Both the position numbers and the translations under genes were made by a program. The notes beneath the pieces were generated by a model. That model did not search any database, had not been told where the DNA came from, and worked only from the letters and a program-made list of their open reading frames with translations. Source: Longimicrobiales bacterium (GTDB taxonomy: Bacteria > Gemmatimonadota > Gemmatimonadetes > Longimicrobiales > Gaopeijiaceae). From it: 64,000 bases of DNA. The DNA lies in assembly GCA_965116905.1 (NCBI GenBank), contig OZ220732.1, positions 2,272,001 through 2,336,000 of the forward strand. The letters are read 5' to 3'. Below, one piece after another: positions 12,488 through 22,603 of this stretch (its first letter is position 1; each line of letters begins with the position of its first letter).

Positions 12488-13218
12488 GCCACCTCCCGCG
12501 TGCCGGCGCCCACGGCCACGTCCGCCGCATCCGCCACGTCCGCCGCCACGAGCGAGCGGAAGAGCGGCAGGCCGTCCACCGAACCCAGCGCGGCTTCGAA
12601 GGCCCGGTCCGGGTGCGGCATCATGCCGAGGATATTGCCCCGCGCGTTTACGATGCCCGCGATGTTGTTCAGCGAGCCGTTCGGGTTGGCCGTCTGCGTT
12701 GTGTCTCCGCGGCCGTCTGAGTAGCGGAACACGACGCGGCCGTCCGCCTCCAGCCGCGCCAGCGTCTCGGCGTCCGCGTAGTAGTTGCCGTCGGCGTGGG
12801 ACAGCGGCATGCGGATGACCTGTCCCCGGAAGTAGTCCGCGGTGAACGGGGTACCGATCCGCTCGACCCGCAGGTGGCAATCGTGGGACTGAAAGCGCAA
12901 CGACCGATTCCGCAGCAGCGCCCCCGGCAGCATCCCGGCCTCGCAGAGTACCTGGAAGCCGTTGCAGATGCCGACGACCAGTCCGCCTTCGCGCCCAAAG
13001 TCGATGATCGCGTCCATGATCGGGCTGAAACGGGCGATCGCGCCCGGCCGCAGGTAGTCCCCATGCGCGAAGCCGCCGGGCACGATGACCGCGTCCGCGT
13101 CGCCGAGCGAAGTCTCCCGGTGCCATACGTAGCTGGGCGTACCGCCCGCCAGTTCGACCGACCGGAAGCAGTCCTGGTCGCAGTTGGAGCCCGGAAAGGT
13201 GATGACGGCGACCCTCAT
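12484..13218 (-). CDS. purQ: FGAM synthase glutaminase subunit PurQ
   Basis: [27 protein letters not shown]. Confidence 0.97.
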
Positions 13219-13541
13219 TGGACGCCTCCCGCGGTCGTCTCGGCGCCTGCCGCGGCGGTCTCGACGCCTCCCGCGGTCGTCTCGGCGCCTGCCGCGGCCG
13301 CCGTGACCCGGAAATCCTCGGTCACGGGGTTCGCAAGCAGCTTGCGGCACGCCTCCTCCACCCGTTCCGTGGCCTCGGCCGATGACTCGGCGGCCACTTC
13401 CAGGTACATCGCCTTGCCGACGCGCACGTCCTCGATGGTGTCGTAGCCGAGCGAGGCCAGCGCGTGATGGATCGCCTTGCCCTGCGGGTCCAGCAAGCCG
13501 GGCCTGGGCGTGACCAGGACTTCCACTGTGAATCGGCTCAA
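13215..13541 (-). CDS. purS: FGAM synthase subunit PurS with repeat-derived C-terminal extension
   Basis: [26 protein letters not shown] start overlapping pssA stop. Confidence 0.93.
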   Translation of the reverse strand: MSRFTVEVLVTPRPGLLDPQGKAIHHALASLGYDTIEDVRVGKAMYLEVAAESSAEATERVEEACRKLLANPVTEDFRVTAAAAGAETTAGGVETAAAGAETTAGGVQ

Positions 13542-14494
13542 GAGCGCCTCTCCTTCCATTGAATGATATCGGTTTCGCGGTCGTTGCGTGGGTCGGCGTC
13601 CCCGCCGTCCGTGTCCGGCTCGTGGGTCAGTTCGTGGTAGTCCACTTCACGGGGCTCGACATCCGGGTCCTCGTCGGCGGGCTCCTCGTCCAGCAAGGGG
13701 TCGCGCTCCGGCAGCCGGGCGTGGAGGCCGAGGAAGACCGACCGGAGGAATCCCCAGAGGGCGTAGCCCACTATGGCCGGGAAGAACCAGTAGTAGGGAA
13801 CCGTCACGGCGAGCACGAAGCAGCTCAGCAGCAGCGTCGTCCGGATCATGCCGCGCCGGGTCCGGAAGTCCAGCGGTGGCATCTTGGCGTACGGGATGTG
13901 GCTGATCATGAGGATCGAGACCAGGACGGTCGTGATCACCATGATCTGCGGCCAGGGAAGCGTCGCCAGGTACTGCTGGAAGAACGCGGTGGTGGTAAAC
14001 GGGTAGTGCGTCGCGAGCAGCACCCCGGCCGCGGGGCTGGGAAGGCCGTGGAAGTGGCTGCGGGCTTCTCCCCCCTGCTCGACGTTGAAGCGCGCCAGCC
14101 GGATCACGGCGGCCGAGACGTAGGCGAAGCCGATCACCCAGCTCCAGTCGGCCTGCGGGAAGTAGAGGAAGATGAGGATCAGCGCCGGCGCCACCCCGAA
14201 GGAGATCGCGTCGGTGAGCGAGTCCAGTTCGGCTCCGAAGGCCGATCCCGTGCGCGTGACCCGCGCCACCCTTCCGTCGAGGTAGTCCAGGATCCAGGCG
14301 ATGACGATGCACCACCCCGCCCAGATGAAGTCGCCGCGGGAGGCCGCGACCATCGCGTAGAGACCGAAGAAGAGGTTCCCGAGCGTGAAGGCCGAAGGCA
14401 GGATGATGACCCCGCGCCTGAGGTTCGGGCGGGGACGTTCGCCGCGCAGTCGCCGCCAGCGGCCCGGCTTGCGGCTGCGGGGCGCCACGGTCAC
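13538..14494 (-). CDS. pssA: CDP-diacylglycerol--serine O-phosphatidyltransferase
   Basis: DYLDGRVAR...GAELDSLTDAISFGVAP CDP-alcohol motif; RLARFN. Confidence 0.93.
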   Translation of the reverse strand: MTVAPRSRKPGRWRRLRGERPRPNLRRGVIILPSAFTLGNLFFGLYAMVAASRGDFIWAGWCIVIAWILDYLDGRVARVTRTGSAFGAELDSLTDAISFGVAPALILIFLYFPQADWSWVIGFAYVSAAVIRLARFNVEQGGEARSHFHGLPSPAAGVLLATHYPFTTTAFFQQYLATLPWPQIMVITTVLVSILMISHIPYAKMPPLDFRTRRGMIRTTLLLSCFVLAVTVPYYWFFPAIVGYALWGFLRSVFLGLHARLPERDPLLDEEPADEDPDVEPREVDYHELTHEPDTDGGDADPRNDRETDIIQWKERRS

Positions 14495-15180
14495 TCCCCC
14501 CTCCGGCTGATGTGGGCGACCGGCGTCTCGCCCCCGCGCACGCGGTCGCCCGGGCCGACGATCACCGTCCAGTCCGGAGGCAGAAACAGGTCCACCCGCG
14601 AACCGAAGCGGATCAGACCGATGCGTTCGCCCCGGGCCAGGCTGTCTCCCTCGCGCGGATACGTCACGATCCGCCGCGCCACCAGCCCGGCGATCTGCCG
14701 GACGACCATCGGGCCCTCGGCGGTCGCAAGCGCCAGCGACGCCTGCTCGTTCTCGCTGCTGGCTTCTTCGCGCCAGGCGGGCAGGTATCGGCCCGGCCGG
14801 TAGTCGTACGCGTCCACCCGGCCCCCGAGCGGCGCCCGCTGCACGTGCACGTTGAAGACGCTCAGGAAGATCGTCACCCGGGTCGCCGTCTCCCCCATGA
14901 ACGCCGCGCCGGCAACCTCGCCCGCGGCCTCGCCGGCGACCTCGCCAACGCTCATGACCGTGCCGTCGGCCGGAGACACCACGACGCCCTGGTCCGGCGG
15001 AATGCGGCGCTCGGGATCGCGGAAGAAGTACACCACGAAGAGGGTGAGCACGAGCAGGCCGGCCGGCAAGGTCGTGCGCACGCCCCAGCCGCCGCTCCTC
15101 GCCCAGACCGCCGCGAGCACGGCCGCGGCCAGGAAGACGAGGATGAACGGGAGGCCCTCGCGCGCCACGGGCAGGCTCAT
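14491..15180 (-). CDS. psd: Phosphatidylserine decarboxylase
   Basis: FFRDPER, SPADG, IFLSVFNVHVQR, IRFGSRVD. Confidence 0.94.
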   Translation of the reverse strand: MSLPVAREGLPFILVFLAAAVLAAVWARSGGWGVRTTLPAGLLVLTLFVVYFFRDPERRIPPDQGVVVSPADGTVMSVGEVAGEAAGEVAGAAFMGETATRVTIFLSVFNVHVQRAPLGGRVDAYDYRPGRYLPAWREEASSENEQASLALATAEGPMVVRQIAGLVARRIVTYPREGDSLARGERIGLIRFGSRVDLFLPPDWTVIVGPGDRVRGGETPVAHISRRGE

Positions 15181-16082
15181 GACGCGAGCTCCGTACCGGT
15201 GAGCCGCCGGAACACGTCCCGGTAGCGCTCCGAAGTGGCCGCGACGACCTCCTGGGGCAGCGCAGGGGGCGGATATTGCTTGTTCCAGCCCGCTAAAGTC
15301 TCCAAATAATCTCGTACAGGCTGTTTGTCAAGAGACGGCTGTCCCCGGCCCGTCGCATAGTGTTCGCGCGGCCAGAAACGCGACGAATCCGGGGTGAGGA
15401 CTTCGTCGATGAGCAGGAGTTCGCCCTCGGGGGAAATCCCGAACTCGAACTTGGTGTCGGCGAGGATGATGCCCGCTTCGGCGGCCACCGCGCGCCCGCG
15501 CTCGTAGATGTCCAGCGACCGTTCCCGCAGGCGGCCGGCAAGCTCGGCACCCAGAAGATCGGTCACCTGGGCGAAGGTGATGTTCTCATCGTGGCCCTCC
15601 TGGGCCTTGGTCGCAGGAGAGAAGATGGCCGGCGCCAGGGCGTCGCTCTCGACCAGTCCGGGCGCGAGCGGCTCGCCGGCCAGCGTCCCCGCCTGACGAT
15701 ACTCCTTCCAGGCGGAGCCCGACAGGTAGCCCCGCACCACGCACTCGACGGGGAGCGGCCGCGTCCGCCGGACCAGGGTCGCCCGGCCCTCCCATGCGCC
15801 GGGGCAGTCGGCCAGCTGCGGCACCTGGCGGCGGATCTCGGAGGGGCGTATCGAAACGAGGTGATTCGGGATGTCCGCGAAGTGTGTGCGCAGCCACCAC
15901 GCGGTGACCTGGGTGAGCACGCGGCCCTTGTCCGGCACGGGCTCGTTCATCACCACGTCGAAGGCGCTGACGCGGTCGCTGGCGACGAGCAGGAGAAGAT
16001 CGTCGGCCTCCGGCACCGCGTATACGTCGCGAACCTTGCCGCGGAAGAGCAGGGGAAGGGGGAGGGGCGTAGCGGTCGTCAC
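15177..16082 (-). CDS. purC: SAICAR synthetase
   Basis: GKVRDVY, SDRVSAFD, ADTKFEFG, DEVLTPDSSRFW; GTG start overlapping purB stop. Confidence 0.96.
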   Translation of the reverse strand: MTTATPLPLPLLFRGKVRDVYAVPEADDLLLLVASDRVSAFDVVMNEPVPDKGRVLTQVTAWWLRTHFADIPNHLVSIRPSEIRRQVPQLADCPGAWEGRATLVRRTRPLPVECVVRGYLSGSAWKEYRQAGTLAGEPLAPGLVESDALAPAIFSPATKAQEGHDENITFAQVTDLLGAELAGRLRERSLDIYERGRAVAAEAGIILADTKFEFGISPEGELLLIDEVLTPDSSRFWPREHYATGRGQPSLDKQPVRDYLETLAGWNKQYPPPALPQEVVAATSERYRDVFRRLTGTELAS

Positions 16083-17524
16083 ACCCTCACCTCGCCGCGG
16101 GTCCGCACCTCGGAATACCGCTCCAGCACCGGTGCGACATCCGTCGCCAGAAACGCGTCGACCTGTTCGGGCGCCCGGCCCACCAGCTTCTCGGGCCGCG
16201 CCAGCTCTTCCAGCTCCCCGGCGCTCACGCCCAGCGACTCGTCGGCGGCGATGCGCGCGAACAGGTCGCCGTCCCCGCCCTCGGTCATGCGGCGGGCGGC
16301 CGCGAGCGTGTGCCGGCGCAGGCGCTCGTGCGCGTCCTGCCGGTCGCCGCCCCCTGCGGTGGTCCCCATGAGCACCGACTCCATGGCCATGAACGGCAGG
16401 TGAATCGCGAGGTTGGCCGCGACCACGCCCGCGTTCACGCGCAGCCCCGAGGCGACGTTCTCCGCGAGCACGAGGATGGCGTCGGTGGCCATGTAGGCGT
16501 CGGGAATCGCGAGCCGCTTGTTGGCGGAGTCGTCCAGCGTCCGTTCCAGCCATTGCGTCGCCGCCGTGTGGGCGGGGTCCGCGGCCAGCGCGATCACGTG
16601 GCGCGCCACCGCGCAGATCCGCTCGCTGCGCATCGGGTTGCGCTTGTAGGGCATCGCCGACGAGCCCACCTGGTCCTGTTCGAAGGGCTCCTCCAGCTCG
16701 CGCAGGTGCGACAGGAGCCGGATGTCGTGCGCCATCCTGGAGGCCGAAGCCGCCACGCCCGCCAGCGTCGCCAGGAACGCCTGGTCCACCTTGCGCGGAT
16801 AGGTCTGGCCGGTGACGGGGTAGCAGCGGTCGAAGCCCAGACGGCGGCACACGGCCTGTTCCAGCGCGTCGACCCGGGTGTGGTCGCCGCCCAGCAGCTG
16901 AAGGAACGACGCCTGCGTGCCGGTCGTGCCGCGCACCCCCCGCAGCCTCAGATTCGCCAGCCGGTGCTCGATCTCTTCCAGGTCGAGCAGAAGATCCTGA
17001 ATCCACAGCGTGGCGCGCTTCCCGACGGTGGTGGGCTGCGCCGGCTGGAAGTGGGTATAGGCCAGCGTCGGCAGCGCCCGGTGCTCCGCGGCGAACGCGG
17101 CCAGGGCGCGAATCGTGGCGACAACCCGGTCGCGGACGATCGTCATGGCCTCGCGATGCTGGATCAGGTCCGTGTTGTCGCCGACGAAGGCGCTCGTGGC
17201 GCCGAGGTGCAGGATCCCGCGGGCGGCCGGGGCGACGTCGCCGAAGAGGTGGATGTGGGCCATCACGTCGTGCCGGAAACGGCGCTCGTAGCGGGCGGCC
17301 GCGTCCAGGTCGATGTCGTCCAGCGCGGCGCGCATCTCGTCGATCGCCCGTTCGGGGATGTCCAGTCCGGCGTCCCGCTGGGCCTCGGCAAGGGCGAGCC
17401 AGAGCCGCCGCCAGGTGCCGAAGCGGAAGGCCGGGGCGAAGATGCGCTCCATCTCGCCGGAGACGTACCGCGCCGACAGCGGGTGCGTGTAACGGTCGGG
17501 GGCGGGGTTGGACACGGAAGTCAT
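16079..17524 (-). CDS. purB: Adenylosuccinate lyase
   Basis: RHDVMAH, THFQPAQ, GSSAMPYKRNP. Confidence 0.97.
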   Translation of the reverse strand: MTSVSNPAPDRYTHPLSARYVSGEMERIFAPAFRFGTWRRLWLALAEAQRDAGLDIPERAIDEMRAALDDIDLDAAARYERRFRHDVMAHIHLFGDVAPAARGILHLGATSAFVGDNTDLIQHREAMTIVRDRVVATIRALAAFAAEHRALPTLAYTHFQPAQPTTVGKRATLWIQDLLLDLEEIEHRLANLRLRGVRGTTGTQASFLQLLGGDHTRVDALEQAVCRRLGFDRCYPVTGQTYPRKVDQAFLATLAGVAASASRMAHDIRLLSHLRELEEPFEQDQVGSSAMPYKRNPMRSERICAVARHVIALAADPAHTAATQWLERTLDDSANKRLAIPDAYMATDAILVLAENVASGLRVNAGVVAANLAIHLPFMAMESVLMGTTAGGGDRQDAHERLRRHTLAAARRMTEGGDGDLFARIAADESLGVSAGELEELARPEKLVGRAPEQVDAFLATDVAPVLERYSEVRTRGEVRV

Positions 17525-17534
17525 CGCACGGGGG

Positions 17535-19067
17535 TCATCGCCATTCGAGCAGTCCGGTTCTCACCATGCGTCCGTTTCTTTCGAAGAGGAGGACGAAGGA
17601 GCGTCCACTGCGCTGGGTGCGGCGCAGCTCGTCGGCGGCTTCACGGGCCGTGCGAAGCCGCCTGTTGTTCACGGCGAGCAGCACATCCCCGGCCGCCAGT
17701 CCGATGCGGCGCGCGAGCGCGTCCGAGATCTCCACCACAAGAGCGCCTTCGGCGGAGGCGAGACCCCGCTCGGCCTGGATGCCCGGCGTGACGGTCACGA
17801 CTTCCAGGTCACGCAGCAGCTCCACACGGTCGGCCGCGGCCGACGGGAGCGGCGCGGCCTGGATCTGCACGGCTCCCATCCCCTCCAGCGCCAGCTCGAT
17901 CCGGTCGCCGGCGCGGAGGTCGAGCAGCACGGCCGTGTAGTCCAGCGGGGTCGCCATGCGGCTCGATCCGGCGCGGAGCAGCCGCGACCCCTCGCGGATC
18001 CCCGCAGCCGCGGCGGGCGAGCCGCGTGTGACCCGCGCGACGCGCACGCCCCGCGACCGCCCGAAGCCGTCGGCCTCCACCGCGTCCACGCCCAGCCCCA
18101 GCCACGCGCGCTGTGCCTCTCCGTGTTCGACGAGGTCGCGAGCCACCTGGAGCGCGCGGTCGATCGGAATGGCGAACCCCAGTCCCTCGCTTCCCCCCGA
18201 GCGCGACAGGATCGACGTGTTCATCCCGATCACCTCGCCCACGGCGTTGACCAGCGGCCCGCCCGAGTTGCCCGGGTTGATCGACGCGTCGGTCTGGATC
18301 ATGCCGAGGTAGAACCCGTCGTCGTCCTGGCCCGGAATGATGTGGCGTCCGAGCGCGCTCACCACGCCGGCCGTCACCGAGGGCTCGGGGTTGGAGATGA
18401 GTCCCCCGAACGGGTTGCCGATGGCGACGGTCCATTCCCCGATCAGCAGGTCCGACGCGGTGCCGAGCGGTGCGACGGGCAGTCCCGCGGCGCCCTCCAG
18501 CGCGAGCACCGCCACATCGGTCGCGGGGTCGGACCCGGCGAGCCGGGCGTCGAAGTCGCGCCCGTCGGGCAGCGTGACCAGGATCTCGGTCGCCCCGGCA
18601 ATGACATGGTGGTTCGTCAGCACCGTGCCGCGCTCGTCCACGACAAACCCGGACCCGAGGCCACGGGTCTCCCGGAAGGGGAGGAAGTAGTCGTCGAAGA
18701 AGCTGCGGCGGCGCACCTGCTCGCGCCTGCGGACCGACACGGCGACCACCGACGGCGCCACGGTGCGGGCCGCGCGCACGATCGCGGTGGCGCGGGAGTC
18801 GGAAAGGGACTGGCCGGCAGCCCTGGCGACCTCGTTTGCGGACGCGGGAGCCAGCGCCGACGCGGGAGCCAGCGCCGACGCGGAAGCCGGCGCCGATGGG
18901 GAGGCGGGTGCCGATGGGGGAACGGAGGCCGACGCGGGAACGGAGGCCGACGGGGGAACCGGGTCGGGAACGGCCGCGCCGGGCTGCGACGGCTCGCATG
19001 CCGCCAGAAACGCGGCCAGCGCCACCGGAGCGACCCCATGTCTGGACTTCAGGGGAAACCCCGTCAC
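17535..19067 (-). CDS. HtrA/DegP-like serine protease with PDZ domains, lipoprotein
   Basis: FLAAC lipobox, GSGF, LTNHHVI, TDVAVL, QTDASINPGNSGGPL; Pro/Ala/Ser repeat linker. Confidence 0.92.
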   Translation of the reverse strand: MTGFPLKSRHGVAPVALAAFLAACEPSQPGAAVPDPVPPSASVPASASVPPSAPASPSAPASASALAPASALAPASANEVARAAGQSLSDSRATAIVRAARTVAPSVVAVSVRRREQVRRRSFFDDYFLPFRETRGLGSGFVVDERGTVLTNHHVIAGATEILVTLPDGRDFDARLAGSDPATDVAVLALEGAAGLPVAPLGTASDLLIGEWTVAIGNPFGGLISNPEPSVTAGVVSALGRHIIPGQDDDGFYLGMIQTDASINPGNSGGPLVNAVGEVIGMNTSILSRSGGSEGLGFAIPIDRALQVARDLVEHGEAQRAWLGLGVDAVEADGFGRSRGVRVARVTRGSPAAAAGIREGSRLLRAGSSRMATPLDYTAVLLDLRAGDRIELALEGMGAVQIQAAPLPSAAADRVELLRDLEVVTVTPGIQAERGLASAEGALVVEISDALARRIGLAAGDVLLAVNNRRLRTAREAADELRRTQRSGRSFVLLFERNGRMVRTGLLEWR

Positions 19068-19873
19068 CGAAGCGCCCTCCGACGCTCCGGAGCGGCCCGT
19101 GCCGGGGTCGCGCCGGCATCCGAATAGTCCACCCGGGTCAGACAGAGCCCCTGGGGTGGGGCGGGCGGGGATGTCGTCAGGTCGGTCTCTCCGCTGAGCA
19201 GAAGGGCCATCTCCTCCTCCGCGCGCCTGTGCCGCGCGATGTCCACCATTGTCCCTACCAAATATCGCACCATCCGGTGCAAAAAGCGGTTTGCCGTGAT
19301 CTCGAAGACGGCGCCGAGGTCCTCCCAGGGACGCCACCGGGCGCGCATGACGTGGCAGATGTGCCCCCGCTGCGGCTGCCCGGACTTCGCGAAGGCGCGG
19401 AAGTCGTGCACGCCGAAGAGCGCGTGCGAGGTCCTCGCGGCGGCGTCCAGGTCGAGCGGAACGCCGAGGGGCCAGCAAGCGCGGCGATGAAAGGGAGACG
19501 CCGCCCGCGCCGCGATCCCGACCCTGTACTCGTAGCTGCGCGAGGTCGCCTCGAACCGCGGATTGAAGTCGGCCGGGACGGGCTCTGCGCACTCGATCCA
19601 AAGCGAATCGGGAACCAGCGCATTGAGCGATTTGGCGAGCGCCGCAGCCTCCCAGCGCGCGGGCATGGTCACCGCGGCCACCTGGCCCCTGGCGTGAACA
19701 CCCGTGTCGGTGCGGCCCGCTCCGACGACCGGACGCCGGCTGCCCGCGAGCTGCTCCGCGGCCGCCTCGAGCGCGCCCTGTACCGTGGGCTGGCCGGGCT
19801 GGAGCTGCCACCCGTGGAAGGCGGAGCCGTCATAGTGCAGGGTCAGCTTGAAGCGGGTCTCGGGATCGCTCAT
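19064..19873 (-). CDS. truA: tRNA pseudouridine(38-40) synthase
   Basis: YDGSAFHGWQ, GAGRTDTGVHARGQ, FLHRMVR. Confidence 0.96.
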   Translation of the reverse strand: MSDPETRFKLTLHYDGSAFHGWQLQPGQPTVQGALEAAAEQLAGSRRPVVGAGRTDTGVHARGQVAAVTMPARWEAAALAKSLNALVPDSLWIECAEPVPADFNPRFEATSRSYEYRVGIAARAASPFHRRACWPLGVPLDLDAAARTSHALFGVHDFRAFAKSGQPQRGHICHVMRARWRPWEDLGAVFEITANRFLHRMVRYLVGTMVDIARHRRAEEEMALLLSGETDLTTSPPAPPQGLCLTRVDYSDAGATPARAAPERRRALR

Positions 19874-20020
19874 TTCCGGCGGCGGCGTCCGACCAGGTGG
19901 CTCAGCCCCGGTGGGGGGATGGTGCGAAAGCTACCCGGGGGCGGTCGCCAGTCAACCGCCGGGCTGGGCATGGGCGGGGACAGGGTCCCGCAACCACGGC
20001 GCGCGTGGCTAGTTTTGTGC

Positions 20021-21067
20021 ATGGCAGTGACCGACGTGACATTCAGCCTTGTTCCCCTGCTTGCGAAGGCGGTTGGCGGGGAGGACCTCTCCGCCGCCGA
20101 GGCTCGCGACGCCTTCGGCCACATCGTCTCCGGCGACGCGTCGCAGGTTGCGACCGGGGCGCTGCTGGCCGCGCTTCAGACGAAGGGCCTGGCGCCGTCC
20201 GAGGTCGCGGGCGGGGTCGAGGCGCTCAGGGCGGCGATGATTCCGGTGGCGGCTCCCGACACGGCCGGTCTGGTGGACACCTGCGGGACCGGCGGGGGCG
20301 GGGTGTCGACCTTCAATATCTCTACCGCGGCGGCGCTGGTTGCGGCGGCCGGGGGTGTGCGCGTGGCCAAGCACGGCAACCGTTCCTTCACCTCGAAGTG
20401 CGGGAGCGCCGACGTGCTCGAGGCGCTGGGGGTCGAGGTCGAACTCTCGCCGGAGGGCATGGCCGCGGTGCTGGCGGAGGTGGGGATCGTCTTCATGTTT
20501 GCGCCGCTGCTGCACCCCGCGATGCGGCATGTGGGGCCCGTCCGCCAGGCGCTGGGGATCACCACGATCATGAACCTGCTGGGCCCCCTCGCCAATCCGG
20601 CGGGTGCGCGCCGCCAGGTCGTGGGCGTGGCCGATCCGGACTACGTCGACCTCGTCGTGCGGGGACTCGCCGAACTGGGACACGAGCGCGCGCTCGTGGT
20701 GCACGGGGCTCCCGGGATGGACGAGATCAGCCCGTGCGGCGCGACGCGCGTGGCCGAACTGCGGGGTGGCGCGGTGTCGTCGTACGAGGTGACGCCAGCA
20801 GAGCTGGGCGTGGAGGCGGTCGACCCGGACGATCTGGCCGGCGGCGAGCCCGGCGAGAACGCGGCTGTCGTGCGCGCGGTGGTCACGGGGGAGGACAGGG
20901 GCGCGGGCCGGTCGGCCGTGCTGGTGAACGCGGCGGCGGCATTCCTTGTGGCGGGCAGGGTGGACTCGCTCGCCGACGGAGTGGCCGCGGGCGCCCGGGC
21001 GATCGACTCCGGCGCGGCGGCGGCGGTTCTCGACGGCCTGGTGCGGGCGAGCCGCGCGGCGCGCTGA
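20021..21067 (+). CDS. trpD: Anthranilate phosphoribosyltransferase
   Basis: DTCGTGG, FNIST, KHGNRSFTSKCGSADVLE. Confidence 0.96.
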   Translation: MAVTDVTFSLVPLLAKAVGGEDLSAAEARDAFGHIVSGDASQVATGALLAALQTKGLAPSEVAGGVEALRAAMIPVAAPDTAGLVDTCGTGGGGVSTFNISTAAALVAAAGGVRVAKHGNRSFTSKCGSADVLEALGVEVELSPEGMAAVLAEVGIVFMFAPLLHPAMRHVGPVRQALGITTIMNLLGPLANPAGARRQVVGVADPDYVDLVVRGLAELGHERALVVHGAPGMDEISPCGATRVAELRGGAVSSYEVTPAELGVEAVDPDDLAGGEPGENAAVVRAVVTGEDRGAGRSAVLVNAAAAFLVAGRVDSLADGVAAGARAIDSGAAAAVLDGLVRASRAAR

Positions 21068-21092
21068 CACTTTTCGGCGCGCTGAACCCGTC

Positions 21093-21695
21093 TCAGTACG
21101 TTCGGATCAGACCCACCACGACGCCCTGAATCCGCACGTTGCGGGCGGGCTCGATCAACGGGGGAACGTTCTCGTTGGCGGGCTGCAGGCGGACCTTGTT
21201 CCCCGGCTCGCGGTAGAGCTTCTTGACCGTGGCGGCCTCGTCCCCGACCAGCGCGATCACCATCTCGCCGTCCTCGGCGGTCTGCCGCGCGTTGACGATG
21301 ATGTGGTCTCCGTCGCGGATATGCTCGTCGATCATGGACTGGCCGGACACGCGCAGCACATAGTGCTCGAACCCCTTGCGGATCATGTCGCCCGGGACGG
21401 AAAAGTTCTCGGTGTCCTCGACGGTCTCGATCGGCATCCCCGCGGCCACCGTGCCGAGCAGCGGCAGCGGCACCGTGGGCTCCTCCTCCGGGGGGAACTC
21501 CACCGACCGACTCTCACGGTAGGATCTGCGAATGTAGCCCTTGCGCTCCAGGTTGCTGAGGTGCTCGTGGACGGTCGCCAGAGACGTGTAGCCGAAGGCC
21601 TCGCGGATCTCGTCGAAGCTGGGCGCATAGCCGTGCTCTTCGATGAATTCCTTGAGGAAATCCAGGATCTGCTTCTGGCGTTTCGTCAGAGGCAT
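21093..21695 (-). CDS. lexA: SOS repressor LexA
   Basis: LTKRQ...GYAPSFDEI wHTH; VAAG cleavage site; GQSM and TVKK catalytic residues. Confidence 0.96.
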   Translation of the reverse strand: MPLTKRQKQILDFLKEFIEEHGYAPSFDEIREAFGYTSLATVHEHLSNLERKGYIRRSYRESRSVEFPPEEEPTVPLPLLGTVAAGMPIETVEDTENFSVPGDMIRKGFEHYVLRVSGQSMIDEHIRDGDHIIVNARQTAEDGEMVIALVGDEAATVKKLYREPGNKVRLQPANENVPPLIEPARNVRIQGVVVGLIRTY

Positions 21696-21760
21696 CGCTC
21701 TTTCCTTATCTTGGGGAGGCGGATTTCCGATCCCGGGGGAACGGGACGCGCGCCCTGTGA

Positions 21761-21802
21761 CCGAACAGGCTCCGAATGACGATAACCGAATCTTGCCCGA
21801 AG
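21761..21802. promoter_or_regulatory. Candidate LexA operators (two CCGAA-N6-CCGAA direct repeats)
   Basis: CCGAA at 21761, 21772, 21786 and 21797 upstream of lexA. Confidence 0.55.
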
Positions 21803-22603
21803 CACAAGCCTGGCATCCTGGAGCGCATCGTCGCCGGCAAGGCGGCCGAAGTTGAGGCGCTCAGGGGGGTGTGCGCGGACGTGTTGCGGGCGGCCGGCGA
21901 CGCTCCGCCGCCGCGGCAGGTACTCCGGGCGATGGTCCGGAGCCGCCACGTCGGCGTCGTTGCCGAGGTGAAGCGGCGCTCGCCGGGAGCGGGCGAGATC
22001 GACACCGCGCTCGATCGGGTGGAGCTGGCGGCCGAGTACGAGGAGGGAGGGGCGCTCGCGGTCAGCGTGCTGACGGATTCGAGGTGGTTCGGCGGGTCGC
22101 TCGACGACCTGCGCGCGGTGCGGGCCGCCGGGAACGTCCCCGTGCTTCGGAAGGACTTCGTCGTCGACGGGGTCCAGGTCGCCGAGGCGCGGGCCGCCGG
22201 CGCCGACCTGGTGCTGCTGATCGTGCGCATCCTCGATCCGGTGTTGTTGCACGACCTGCGGGCCATGATACACGACATGGGAATGACGGCCCTGGTCGAG
22301 GCGCACGACGAGTGGGAGGTGGAGGCCGCGCTCGAGGCCGGGGCGCAGCTGCTCGGCGTCAACAACAGGGATCTCACCGTCTTCCGCACCGATCTGGCCG
22401 TCACCGAGCGCCTGGCGAAGTACGTGCCGGGTGAGGTGCTGCTGGTGTCCGAGAGCGGGATCGCGGACGCGGCCGACGTGGCCCGCGTGGCCGCCGCGGG
22501 GGCCGATGCCGTGCTCGTCGGGGAGGCGCTGGTACGGAGCGGCGACCCGCGTGGGGCGGTGGCCGCGATGGCGGCCGTGCCGCGCGAGGGGGTGCGGGGG
22601 TGA
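21776..22603 (+). CDS. trpC: Indole-3-glycerol phosphate synthase
   Basis: AEVKRRSP, SVLTD, LRKDF, GVNNRDL, VSESGI. Confidence 0.96.
   Translation: MTITESCPKHKPGILERIVAGKAAEVEALRGVCADVLRAAGDAPPPRQVLRAMVRSRHVGVVAEVKRRSPGAGEIDTALDRVELAAEYEEGGALAVSVLTDSRWFGGSLDDLRAVRAAGNVPVLRKDFVVDGVQVAEARAAGADLVLLIVRILDPVLLHDLRAMIHDMGMTALVEAHDEWEVEAALEAGAQLLGVNNRDLTVFRTDLAVTERLAKYVPGEVLLVSESGIADAADVARVAAAGADAVLVGEALVRSGDPRGAVAAMAAVPREGVRG

Noticed and set aside
13538..15180. psd-pssA embedded within the purine operon
   Set aside because: Tightly coupled housekeeping arrangement that looks ancestral; no sign of novelty from sequence alone
20006..20020. GG-N10-GC sigma54-like motif before trpD
   Set aside because: Abuts the start codon, leaving no room for a transcription start, and matches the consensus weakly
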